53,518 nucleotides of DNA, filler included, from Basidiobolus ranarum (GCA_040143965.1; 4 parts of 4 records of this genome joined end to end with filler, not necessarily neighbours in it); one strand, 5' to 3'. Shown: positions 12,657 to 26,864, counted from the whole stretch's first letter. The notes: generated by a model from the sequence alone, not told the origin. Translations and numbers: made by a program.

Positions 12657-13341
12657 TGTACCCCAGGTGATCCCATATCGAATTCGACCATCTGTGAAGA
12701 ATTGCCTCAACAGGTTGAAGCTTAATAAACCAATCATATACTAGTAACCATCTCTTTTAAAGGATCATGAGCAATCACAAACATAGTTGCTGATGACACC
12801 AGCGTACTCATTCAATTTAAGTGAAGTAGGGCGTATCCAATCGATCCTGTCAATTTCGTCGAACATCTCAATGGTTTCCCATCGTTACTTATTTCACTAC
12901 ATCGTCAGCACCCACTATTGGTGAATCAGATGGTGATTCTGACTGAGATGCAACTCAGGTAAGCAATCTATCGACAAAGCGAAGATGGCTCTCAACTAGC
13001 CATGTGGAGATGATGGTTCAATTCACTCAATCTACCTATCATTTAGCCATAATCGAACCATTTGTAATATTAGTATCACTTGTATTCTGCTTAGTTTATC
13101 ACATGCTCTAACCGTCTTATCTATATACTGCCTATGAATTTAAAAAGACTGATGATTACCTCACCCCTTGATATCATAAAATGTAAAGAGATATTCCTAG
13201 ATTCCCTTAAGGGTATAGGAAAGTGACGATGCAAGATATCCGACATGCCACTTGGCTTTATGAGCATCTTATTCATGCTACTATTGTGTGTTTCCACTGC
13301 CATGGCTTATCATTGAGTTACATCGATGAGACAGAATCATC

Positions 13342-13441
13342 NNNNNNNNNNNNNNNNNNNNNNNNNNNNNNNNNNNNNNNNNNNNTTAATTAATTAANNN
13401 NNNNNNNNNNNNNNNNNNNNNNNNNNNNNNNNNNNNNNNNN
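13342..13441. other. Artificial contig spacer (N44-TTAATTAATTAA-N44)
   Basis: Exactly 100 bp with a six-frame-stop linker. Confidence 0.98.
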
Positions 13442-15446
13442 AGCAATCGATAGAGCATGTGAGGTATAGTAACTCATAATATGCTCGCCCAACTCTTCAA
13501 GAACACCATCTTGGTAAACCCTGGTGTGCTCGTAGGCTTTAGGAACCTTGAGGTGGAGCTTGAAATCAAGTGCTTTGAGGGTGGAGGGTGTGGGCTTCTT
13601 CTTCATTTCAGTGCTTTCCAACACTTCAAATAGATGAGGGGCAAGGGGAATGAATGTTCCGGTCTTACGTCCTAGTTGAACGAGTGAACGAATAACGTGG
13701 AAGCGAAGGGGGAAGTATTTGTGAGTTGGAATCAAACGAATGGTACCAATGGCAACTTGAACGAGAGGGTAAATCAAAGGTTGAAGAGGGCATTCACCAA
13801 ACTCGGCCTGGCGATCGAGATCGCAGTAGGTACCAAGGACGTCAGCCCAGAAGGCAAGGCAATGTACAAACTGCCAGTTGTAAACGGCTTTGTAAGACTC
13901 CTTACTCTTCAATGTCATGGAGTTTCTCAAATGGATGGCCAATTGACGAATGTAAGTAAAGGCATGCTGATAGGAAGCGGCCAAGTCAATACCATAAACT
14001 TCAACGCCACAACTACGCATAAGTTGAATCATGGGAAGGGTATAGATGGTAGTGGATTGACAGCTACGAACGAATGTAAGGTATGTACCCTTCAAGCACA
14101 TCTCCAGATATGGAGAGGGGCAGGAGGTTGCGAGTTTGCGAATAGCAAGGAAGGAAATGACTCTGATGCTCTCTTCAGCAGATCCCCATTGATGAAGAAG
14201 AGTTTTGAGATAGTTCTTGGCCAGCTTTGGGAAACAAGCAAAATATAAAAGAGCCTTTTCAGATTCTTGGATCAAGAATTGGATCATTGTCTTTTCAGTC
14301 AATTGCTTAAGGATCATTAGCACGGTATTCAAATAGGACTTGACCAAAGGTTGAAGTTGCTTCCACTTTTTGTAAGTAGAAGGTAGTGGCTTTCTCTTGC
14401 CTTCTGGAACCTCCTTGACAGACAAATGATGATCAAAGACCTCTACAGCATGCTTCAAAGCAACAATGACCAGCTTGTTGAATACAACATCGCTTTGAAC
14501 TTTGTAGGTAAACACTTTATCCTCATCCTGACTATTAGCCGCGGCACGGAAAGCGACCAACACTTTCTTCAAGGAACGAAGTGATTTTTGCTTGACAATA
14601 ATCTGCTCCCAGTTGTTCACCATTTCCTTGGTAACGACAATACCATCTGAATTATCGACTTCCATATCCTCATCCCCGTCGCTCTCTCCCTCTACTGCTT
14701 CATCCTCATCACCGCCCTCGTCACTATTAGCTTCCTCCTCATCCTCTCCTTCGCTAGCTTCAAGATCGTCATCCGAGATATCCTCCTCATCAGAATAATC
14801 GAAATTCAACAAATCCTTGTCATTGTTAGCCAAAAACTTGTAGAACTCGGGATCTTTTTCACGGAGAGCTTCGAGTTCTTCCTTGTGCTTAGAGGCGTCC
14901 TTTCCTACTTTCTTGAGTCCATCTTTACCCTTTTTGACTGGTTCCTCTTCCTCAGAGTCAACACCGTCATCTCCAACAGTGTCAAGTTCATCAAAGTCAC
15001 TCTATATTACCATATCAAAGACTATTAGCTTCAACAAGGTAATTATGAGTGTTATACAAAGGTTTATACTTACACCACTAGCTTTCTCATTCTCCTCGAA
15101 ACCGCCGTTTAGGAAATCATCAACACTCATATCCTTATAACTAAGAAAATATGTTTCAGTTTAAAGCACAAATCTAAACAAAAAATTGATAAAAATTACC
15201 GTTCATCAAATTCCTCCTCTTGGTTGTTGGAAGCATCTATTGAGGAAGAAGATTAATAAAGATAAGCTTGCGATAAGATGTCAATAGTTTTAATAACGTA
15301 CCGTCAGCATGTTTGGCGCGTTCTTGTTTACGAACTTCACGTTTATCAAATTTAGCTTTGATCTTCTGAGCAGCCTTACGCTTTTGAATGGCACCCTTTA
15401 AGTGATTCTTATTGAATTTTTTAGTAGCTTTCTTAACTTTGGCCAT
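13442..15446 (-). CDS. NOC2: Nucleolar complex protein 2, 3' end truncated by contig end; exons 15446-15302, 15236-15200, 15140-15074, 15001-13442
   Basis: MAKVKKATKKFNKNHLK N-terminus; DPEFYKFL..NDKDLLNF; YQHAFTYIRQLAIHLRN; VYNWQFVHCL. Confidence 0.95.
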
Positions 15447-15769
15447 ATTGGGATATTTACTAAAAGGTAAGAAGGAAGAATGAAGATTTTACAAGACAAT
15501 CAATGTTGGTAATATTCTTTGAGCGTATTTTTTTTTCCAAGACTTGTTTTTTCTTTTTTTTTCTAGATGGCATAGTGTATCTAGTAGGAAATGAAAAAAA
15601 TCGTATTTTGTTTAAATTTAGTTGATTTTTGAATCAAGATAAATAATTTGCTCATTAGAAATATGAAAAATTGGCGATCCAAGTTTCAAACGTCATGGAG
15701 GAATGTGACTTGATATAATGTTCGCATTTACCTAACTTTCGTTCATAGTTAGCTGAGCTTCTAAAGAAC

Positions 15770-17454
15770 ATGAACCAATTTATATTAACTCGTGAACTTG
15801 GATTAGATTCACCACAAGTGTTTCGAACATTTCACCTAATGAAGCAGGTATACTCGATAGAATTAAGCCATAAAGTTGAGCTCAATAAAGAGCATTTTGG
15901 AACTGTCAACTGTTTAAGCATAGAAAGCATTGAAGGACGATAGTAAAGTATTTACCTACATGCAACAAGAGATTTCTTGAGTAAACAACACATCTTACTG
16001 TAGCTTATTGATAATAGTTTATTATCAGGCGGGGCAGATTGCGCCATTCATGTCTACGATTTGGAGACGCCGTCTGATATCGATGGGAAAATAAAAATTG
16101 ATAGTATTTCTAATGTCCCAAGGTATTTTATTTGATGTTATGTTCCTTTTATACCTAGAAACGCGTTAACTTGACCTCATTTTAAGAAATTCTGGCCATG
16201 AATATGCCATTAGCGGTATTAACTGGTATCCTTTTGACACTGGATTGTTCACTACCTCCTCCTTTGACAAAACCATTAGAGTATGGGACACGAATTCAAT
16301 GAAGGTAGGAATAGAGTCATATCTCATAGCGCCATTCGATTATTTATTCAAGACTGAATGAAAATTTTCAGGAAGTTTGTGACTTTGAACTAAACGGAAA
16401 GGTCTATTCACACGACATGTCTCCTGTTGGAAACCACTGTCTTATATCGGGTATTTAGTACAGTCTTTTTTTAAAAGAAAAGCTGCCTTATAGTTTAATT
16501 CGAATTACTGAACTCACCAGCTGCCGCGTCTGAGCCATTCATTCGATTGTGCGACCTTCGTTCTGGAGCATTCACTCACTCTCTAACCGGACATAAGGGG
16601 TCTGTTATCACCACTAGGTGGTCACCACGAGATGAATATCTACTGGCTTCAGGTGGTGCTGATCATACCATCAGGTTATGGGATATTCGCAAAGCCAGAG
16701 CTTGTTTAATGTCACTTGACCAACATAATGCTGGTAAGCGCTCAGATATGGCACCTCTAATGGCTTTTGAGTTAAAGCAAAGAATATTTGATTTCAGGTA
16801 AAGAAGCGTTGTCTACTACCAATGTAGCACATAGTGGAATGGTCAATGGTTTGACATTTACACAGGATGGCATGTACTTATTGAGCACAGGTCATGACGA
16901 AAAGATGAGACTCTGGAATATGACTACCAGTGAAAATACCCTGGTATTAATTGTATTATCTATCAAAGCGGTTTTACGGAATACTAAGCAACCATCTCCT
17001 TAGACGAACTATGGTCCTCTGATAAGAAATAAGTCGCGTAGCTGTGTGTCGCCCATGATTGTTCCAAGTGATACTTGTTGGCCGCCAGTAGTGTACCACC
17101 CCTCTGACGACCATCGTATATTCATGTTTGATTTATTTGAGGGACACTTAATCAAAGAGATGACAGGTCATTATGGACGTGTAACATGTACTTCTTGGAG
17201 GCCGTGTCACGAGGTTAGTGCGGTCTCTATTGTATGTACATTCGCGTCTACACTCACAATTAATGGGATATTTAGGAGTTTTATAGTGGCGGATCAGACT
17301 ATGAAATCCTAGCTTGGAGTCCTTTTACAAGTGAAGCAGTTGAAAAGAAACTGAGTGTATGTGATTCAAGTTAATTTTTTTTCCGAGCAACTGATATTCT
17401 AACTTTACAATGCAGAAGGAAGTCGACACTTGGAGTGATGACGATACGGAGTAG
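15770..17454 (+). CDS. ERCC8: DNA excision repair WD40 protein CSA/ERCC8 (Rad28/Ckn1), multi-exon
   Basis: WYPFDTGLFTTSSFDKTIRVWDTN; LCDLRSGAFTHSLTGH; RLWDIRKARACLMSLDQHN; C-terminal DTWSDDDTE*. Confidence 0.92.
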
Positions 17455-17901
17455 ATGAGATTAATTATTAGCCCTATATCCTTTAGCCTATAGCTTGCCC
17501 ACCCCATTGTAATGACAGTTTCCTAAAACATGATCATATCTATAAGGCCAAGATGGCTCTATGATCTCATTCATGGCTATAACCGCTTATTCCGATACCA
17601 AGCCACTAGTTTCTGGAATCAATTGGAGAGTTCTACACTAATTTAAAACGGCTATTCTAGAAACCCCATTATTTTCGCAGCAATAAAAGGCGCAATTGCA
17701 ACATGTGACCCATAAATGAATGTTCTCATAATGACCGTTTTTTCAGGAGTCATCAAAGTATGAATCACCCAAATGTTGTGGAGTTGAACCACTCACAGGC
17801 TCTTTATTATGAATTTTAGAACCAGCTAGGGATTAACATCATGATTGATTGTAGATCCGGCACGGTCTAGTCTCACTACGTATTTGGTTTTTTTCTGAAA
17901 G

Positions 17902-17909
17902 TATAAATA
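17902..17909 (+). promoter_or_regulatory. Putative TATA box of the 120-aa gene
   Basis: TATAAATA ~140 bp upstream of ATG 18046. Confidence 0.45.
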
Positions 17910-18045
17910 CGACGAGCCACTTACATTACAACTTCATGTTTTATTACAAACTTGATTATCTTCTTTCAATTACATTCTTCGTCGAGCGAAGTGTCATCGG
18001 GAACATTCCACAAGGGGTTTAACACCTGTCAGTACAATATCGAAT

Positions 18046-18408
18046 ATGTCCAAGTCAATCATCGAACTATCCGCTACGCCAAGTACCACTACCTCGGGGG
18101 CTCATCATGTCTTCTCGTTGTTCTACTTTTTGTATTATTGTATGATTTGTTATATGTTGTGGTATACAGCCTTGCACTCCAATGCCACTACACCGATGGT
18201 TGATGATACAGCAGATAATAGAACCTGTCATCCACGAAGCACATTAAAAACCAGAAGCTTCGCCAGTTTAGAGTCGTGCCTGGCTGGTAGACCAAGTAAG
18301 CGTCCACGCTCAGCCAAAAACATCAAAAGTGTACGCTTCAGTAGATTTGAAAAGGTCTTTAACACCTATTCTCCTGATGAATATGATCGAAGACCAGTTT
18401 TCTGCTAA
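18046..18408 (+). CDS. Small protein with C-terminal PP1-docking module (RVxF-PhiPhi-R; Bni4/neurabin-like)
   Basis: KSVRFSRFEKVFNTYSPDEYDRR resembles spinophilin KIHF...VFSTYSNEDYDRR. Hydrophobic segment VFSLFYFLYYCMICYMLWY. Confidence 0.7.
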   Translation: MSKSIIELSATPSTTTSGAHHVFSLFYFLYYCMICYMLWYTALHSNATTPMVDDTADNRTCHPRSTLKTRSFASLESCLAGRPSKRPRSAKNIKSVRFSRFEKVFNTYSPDEYDRRPVFC

Positions 18409-19124
18409 TATAATTACAAATACCAATATGTATATACTCTTTACTATCTGTACATAAGGTCATCATATAAAGATTTTGATTCGCCATTCCCATTCTCATC
18501 ATTATTGCTACGTAACTCCATCTTGATCAGTGCTAATGTTAAACCACACAAGTGCTTATGTTAAATCCAACTTGTGTTGATGATCTCTATATAGTATAAT
18601 ATGGCTAAGTTAGGCTTTTGAGCATCTTTAAGTATCAGGATCCGGATCTCAATTCAATTCTAATGTCATTACAATGAGTCCATTTGGCCTAATGAATTAA
18701 AAGATACCAGGCGATAAATGCGCATACATTGACAAGTAAAATAAGTCTGTATATGCATTGTAACAACCATATCACCTATATAAAGGTAATCAAGGATGTT
18801 AATGAATTGGTGTCACCTAAGATAGCCGTTTCTTAATCAACCCGAGGTAGGATCAAATTATTTGAAAGATCGTGCGATAAATTTCAAGCAATGATCTAAT
18901 ATGTCGCATGCACTGCACCATCAAATAGTGCATTTCTGGGAGATATTGCTCAATTGCTGTAATTATTAATATATATTTATTTGACAATCGAAAGAACGTT
19001 CAATGAAGGGCATAGGGAAGATAGAAGAGATGCTAACAGTAGGAAAAAAGTAGATGAACATGATTTAATTTGAAAAAGTCCGTTTCAAAATTGATACTCT
19101 CTTACAGCTCAATAAAGGCAATCC

Positions 19125-20484
19125 TCACGATGATTCACAACCATTTGGTTGTTCAGAGTCTAAAAATGCACCGCATGCTCTGTTTGTTTGGAAATAAGGT
19201 TAGTTACATAACAACCATGTCGTAATATTGTCAACGTTTCACATACCCAAAGAATCCTTCGTGTTGTAAGAATAAAGCCTTCATTTCTCCACCAGACCAA
19301 AAGTGGATAGCTTTCGATAAGTACTTCATGGCAATCTTGTTTGTCCTCAGGAAGTTTCCAGCAAAGTAAATATTCTTTAAACCTTGCAGACGTGCGTTGA
19401 GATAGGCGATTTGACCAACATTGTTTGTTACCATATACAATAGAGATTTACAGATGTCAGCCTCCTTCACGTTGTCCTTGTAGAGATCTCCCATGACCAT
19501 TTTACCGAAGAAACTAGCAGTCATATTGGCATCAAGTCCTAAAGATTCGTAAGATCCACCATAGATATCCCTAATAAAAGAAGTATTAATATCAAGCAAT
19601 TACACGTAATTAAGTTAAATGGATATTACCCGACGGTCATATTACATGCGTTATCATCACCCTTAACAGCTTCCTCTAGAGTAGCACTGAAATCCTTGGC
19701 CTGTGTTAATAACCTGCATAACCCATAATATGTGCCACCACCCAAGCCACTTCCAGAAACTCTCTCAAATTCATCCCAGTTTGATACTTTCAGAATCGAT
19801 ACACCTGTTCCGACATTGACTAACAGATAAGGAAACATCTCTTCACGTACGTCACAGACAATCTTTTCTTCGTCCTCGTCATTTTCGGGATTAGCGAAAT
19901 AATATACTTCATTCGGTACGTTTTTCAATAGAAAATTGAGTCCATGAATAAGGCAGTGCATCTCATCTTTCTTGGAAATAACACAACCCAGTTCCTCTTT
20001 CACTAACTCGGCAAATTTGAAAGCACCACCTCCGGTGACTGAAATATTTTTCACTCCCATCAGCATATTCTGTGAACCAATGAGTTTGATGGCTTGACGC
20101 ATTCTACTGGTTTCAAAAAGGATGAAATGAAGTTTAGCTTTGGGAAGAGATACGGTTAATTGCGCGTCTCTTTGTCCGGTTGAACCATATGTGGTAGAAG
20201 ATAACACATATTCGCGAACTTTTGATATGGTAGGATCATTTTCAGGCTCGTAAAACATAACTTAACGATAGAAAAAAAATAGTTCGATATTAGTCACTTG
20301 CTACATACATATTAATATAAAAAGTTTGGACACTTACTTTTAGCCAAAGTTCCACCTATATCGGCACCTAAAGTATCGAAAGAGAGAGGAATAAACGAGT
20401 TAGCTCGATAACTTTTGTTTGGTTAATGGATAAAACCTCACCGAAGTAACCGTGTCTTTTGGGATCGAAAGAAGATACCGTCAT
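19125..20484 (-). CDS. PANK: Type II pantothenate kinase, 5 exons
   Basis: FGADIGGTLAK, TGGGAFKF, DEMHCL, YLLVNVGTGVSI, RVSGSGLGGGT, ASFFGK, FLQHEGFFGACGAFL. Confidence 0.95.
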
Positions 20485-21360
20485 TGGAAAAGGTGGTTTG
20501 TAAAAATAGAGTTGATTTAGAAGTGAAGTGAGGTAAAGTGAGGTGAGCGAGTGTAAAATAATTTAGTTACTCGATAGTAGAACCACTTCTGCTATAAGTA
20601 ATCCTTGGGATACCTCTCTCAATATAAATGAGGGCTCTTCAAATTTATCCATCACTATTTAACATGTAATACACAAGAATTGAATCCAAAAGAGACCCCC
20701 ACCCCCAAATCTTGAATCCATTGATCTGATATCCATGAACAGATTCTTGACTAATATTAAAAGGGATCACCAATTGAATGGACTACTACCATTCCACCAA
20801 AATCTCACACTTCTTGGCTTTACTTCCGAGATGACAGATCGACTTTTATCCATGTGGAGAGTAGCATTGGCCCCGAAACATCTTTGAGACCTTTCGGCAA
20901 TGAGATCTATTGGAGATGAGGCTATCCTATTAAATTAGGGAAAAGTAGCACAACCATATAGGTGATCCATCCCCATCCTTGTCCTATCATTCATTCCATT
21001 CCTGTTCCAACATCTACTTGGAGATGCCAGGGATACTTGTAATGATTGGGCTGGCTGCCTGGCTTAGGTTAATGCTGTTACTTTATGAAGATGGTCTAGA
21101 AAATCCAACTTCTCTCAACATAAGGTTGACTTAGAGATATCATAAAATCTGCACAATCAGAAGACAGAATGGATATCACACGATAGGTACCGGATTGGTC
21201 ATCCCATACAAACGAACCTAATTAAGCGATTTCAGATTTCTTTTTATGCTTTAAGTTACCTGATACATCTTGGTACGCGAACTTGCGTTCATACATTGAT
21301 TATCGGATAATTAGTTAATCCAAATCCCACTTCATTAATGTTTATCTTGTGTATTCCAAC

Positions 21361-21378
21361 CCCTATCACGTGATAGGG
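21361..21378. promoter_or_regulatory. Perfect 18-bp palindrome containing the ATCACGTGAT E-box
   Basis: CCCTATCACGTGATAGGG is self-complementary; it lies between the PAB1 3' end and the PanK start. Confidence 0.4.
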
Positions 21379-21568
21379 TACCATAGCCTAGCACGAATTA
21401 TCACAATCACATCAAAAGGAGTCGATTTATTTCGCGAAAAAAAAAATCTTTCAGAAAAATAAACAGTAGGAGTATCAAAGAGAAGTTAGATAAAGGATGG
21501 CCACTTTATATAAGATGTAGGAATGATTGGATGGATGTTGGGTAATATATGACGAAAAAGGAAGTAAC

Positions 21569-23639
<2,071 letters not shown>

Positions 23640-24233
23640 TTAAAAGAAATTTTTTTAGTTTTTTTCTAATAAAACGAAAGGGTGAAGAGGCTGGGTGCCA
23701 AAAGGAGGAGAAAGAAGGAAAGAAGGTGAGCTACTCTTCTGACTGAACGATACTTCCCGAAAGGGGACCAGTGATTAAATCGAAAAAAGGGCCCAAAATT
23801 GGAAAAAAAACTCTTGATGCATTCTTAGGATGAAAACTGCACCATACAAAAATATTGGAGAAAGATAATTGGCCAAATCTTCATGTTTTTTTTCTATCTT
23901 GATAGATGTTTTCTTCTCCTCCTCGCTAGCCCATGGAATCTATACCATATTTTCAATGAAAATCATGAAATAACGCAGCAATGAAAAAAATGTGACCAGC
24001 AAAACACAAACAGACCAGGTGCTTGAATGTATAAGGCTTAGGGCTAGGGTTGGGGTGGAAGAAGAATAGCGTCATATTGAGTGGCTAAATCCGTGTTTAT
24101 TAGTGTTAATATATACAGGTAATACATTATAGTAAGCGGAGTTTCTGCCGGAAACATGTTGAAGGCTCAAGTGGTGCTGCGAAATTTTTATCGCTGGATT
24201 TCGGCTAGTAATATGCGCCACTTTCCACAGATT

Positions 24234-25392
24234 TCAGCGTCTGTATCCACGTTCAAAAGAAATACTTCCGTGTGATCTGGGCCTAGTTTGATTGGTGAGA
24301 GTGACACCAACAGCTTGGAACGCACTTGGAGTCCAAGCCAGCTGGCGAAGCTGTTGAGCTGTGGCAAATTGAGACAGTCGTGATGTGAGAGGACGAATGT
24401 GAGAGCTCTCATGATCTAATAGCGAGCTTAGTAGAGCTGGGATATGGTTCTGATTGTAAACTACTGCCTCGGTACAGCAGCCATTAGGTAATTCTGAGGC
24501 ACCTGAGCTAATGGGGAAAAGATTTTGACGGCCGATACTCCAGGGAATTAGACATATTAGTAAGACCAGGCTGATGGTAAGAAATGTGTGATAATTGGGA
24601 TGGCCAGGAAGAAATCGATGGAGCATCCATTTGAAGAGTACAATTGAGGCTGAGATATACAGGAAGATCCAAAGGGAGTCACGCAAATGAAAACCTAACA
24701 GTTCTTCTGAATAAAACATCCGCATATATAGCCAATCGTCACGGTAATTCACACTAGCCAAAGCTAGCTCTAGTTGACGAAACCAATCGCGAGTGGCCAC
24801 CACGTCCCGCAAAATGAGCGTATACATCGGACGCTTCGCATCACAGTGTTGAAGTATGTGAGCATATTCAAATATCTCCTTGGTGTTTCGATTATACTCT
24901 TGTCCTCCAGAAGACGCTACCGGGTTGTCTAAACTCACAATTTTCTGATAGCCTTGTTCGGGATATAGTAATACAGAGTTGAGAAGGTGCGAATATCCTT
25001 TGGTGGCTTCAAGATGAGCCTTAGAGCCAGTTTCAGGCAAAAACAAAGTGACATGTATACGTGACCTGTCTTCAGCGGTGAAGGTATCGAACAATGACCC
25101 TATTGTTACCTCGGCAACTTGTAAGAAATTCTCGGGATGATTGGAAGGAAGTATCCCAATGCAAACATCTAAACCGTGTGGATTTATAGCAAACACCGGA
25201 GGGGTGTTTCGTGAGGGAAGATTTTGTATGAACTTTTCTGCTTCTTGGATTCGTTGCGGGCCTCTAGACCAACTCAACTCCTTAGAGGCAAAACTGGAAA
25301 ACGAAACATCAGCATATAGATAGCTTACGATAAAATAAGAAGCCAAATAAATAAAAGATAGTGGAATCAGAATTAGAAGAGCACTTTTCATC
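24234..25392 (-). CDS. PGAP4/TMEM246-like membrane glycosyltransferase-fold protein, intronless
   Basis: N-terminal TM; WLYMRMFYSEELLGF; two internal TMs; GCCTEAVVY; PSAFQAVG. This matches the architecture of PGAP4-like proteins. Confidence 0.7.
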
Positions 25393-26204
25393 ACGAGACT
25401 TGTCCACTTCTAGTATCAACAAAGATGTTTCGGAGTTGGACCTGAGAAGGAGAAGAAAATAATTAACTCAACTAAAATATAGTCCACCATGAAGGTGAAT
25501 TCAGGGTTAAGTGTTAAGGGTTATGGGTAAATATAGGAAACTTTTGTGTTGGAATCCGATAAATTATCTTAGAGTTCATTCGGCTTAATCTCCGCAATCC
25601 GATAGATTCACTTTTTCGGGCGAGTGACGACCTAGTTAGTAAACTGGCAGTAAATATGGGAAAATCGGCCTCCGAATATCTTACAGAATACTGGGATTAA
25701 TTTTAATTGGGACAAGAGGTACAAACAACAGGTATATTTTGTATTGTCTGGACTATCATAATTGGCAACAATATTGCCAGTCTTGCGCTCTATATACTTC
25801 ATGAGCATATTCTTGGATTTGGACTAGACCATCTAACCTGACATTGAAACATGGGTCCTGTTCTAATCTATAAGATATTTATATGGTGTCAGATATACTG
25901 TGACATGCTCAATTGAACTACAGTATTTCCTCTCACCTATACCTTCTTAGCAGTTTTGGCTCTTGAACATTGAATTGGCAGTTTGTCTTTAACATTAAAC
26001 CAAAATGCATTAAAGGCACTTGTTTCTTTTTTGACCAGGAGAGATAGCTTTGTGTTGCTTTCTTCTACAACAGTATCCCAAAGTCTTTTTCTTACAGCAG
26101 TATGTTCATCTTTATTCTCAATACTTGATCATTGATTCTTTCCAGTTTTTCCAAGGAAGAAAAAGTTCCAGAAACTTGAGATGTAGACATTACAGAGAGT
26201 GCAA

Positions 26205-26613
26205 GTGTTAAAGTATTAGGGAGCCTGTTGGAAGTGGTTTGGAGAATTAGAGAAATTGGTGGTTTTCACTTGTTGCTTCATTGAGTAGAAAGTTGACATT
26301 TATATTTTTGTTGAGATGTAACAGATTAACCTGTAGAATGTGTCAAGGAAGGTCACAGGAACATGTGTGCAAAGTTTGGGGCTTCTAGCACAAGTTTGAA
26401 AAAACCCTATATCTGAGAACTTTTAAGTTGGTAAAAATATTAAGTAAATTCCAATTGAGAATAATGGAAAATATCTGAGTGAAATATAAGATAACTAAGT
26501 TCTAAGCTATATATGACTATATAGGTGTTTAGGCAATGCTACTTTCTACAAAAACCACCAATTTCTCAATTTCTCTACACCACTTCTAACAGGCTCCAAA
26601 GATACTTTGACAC
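26205..26613. mobile_element. MITE-like arrangement: ~340-bp repeat unit with ~60-bp imperfect inverted ends
   Basis: 26205-26266 (GTGTTAAAGTA..GGAGCCTGTTGGAAGTGG..GAGAAATTGGTGGTTTT) is inverted at 26551-26613. The body recurs at 39733-40066 (rc) and 40255-40730. Confidence 0.6.
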
Positions 26614-26662
26614 AAACAAACATGTATATTATGCTCAGGAAGGTCTCTGTACCATTTGTGCA

Positions 26663-26764
26663 TGTTGGAGGATCTTGACATAATGGGGGTAGACTTTGAG
26701 TATTAGAAGCAACTTATGATAGTGTGTTTTAGTTACTTTATTCTTAAGAGTATATGGTGACTTA
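26663..26764. repeat. Dispersed repeat copy (reverse complement of 7971-8070), cut by contig end
   Basis: rc reads TAAGTCACCATATACTCTTAAGAATAAAGTAACTAAAACA..CTATCATAAGT..CATTATGTCAAGAT..CCAACA. Confidence 0.85.
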
Positions 26765-26864
26765 NNNNNNNNNNNNNNNNNNNNNNNNNNNNNNNNNNNN
26801 NNNNNNNNTTAATTAATTAANNNNNNNNNNNNNNNNNNNNNNNNNNNNNNNNNNNNNNNNNNNN
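26765..26864. other. Artificial contig spacer
   Basis: N44-TTAATTAATTAA-N44. Confidence 0.98.

Noticed and set aside
13121..13341. Protein-like stretch at the end of contig 1 (GYRKVTMQDIRHATWLYEH...)
   Set aside because: Short, interrupted by stops and truncated; no family recognised.
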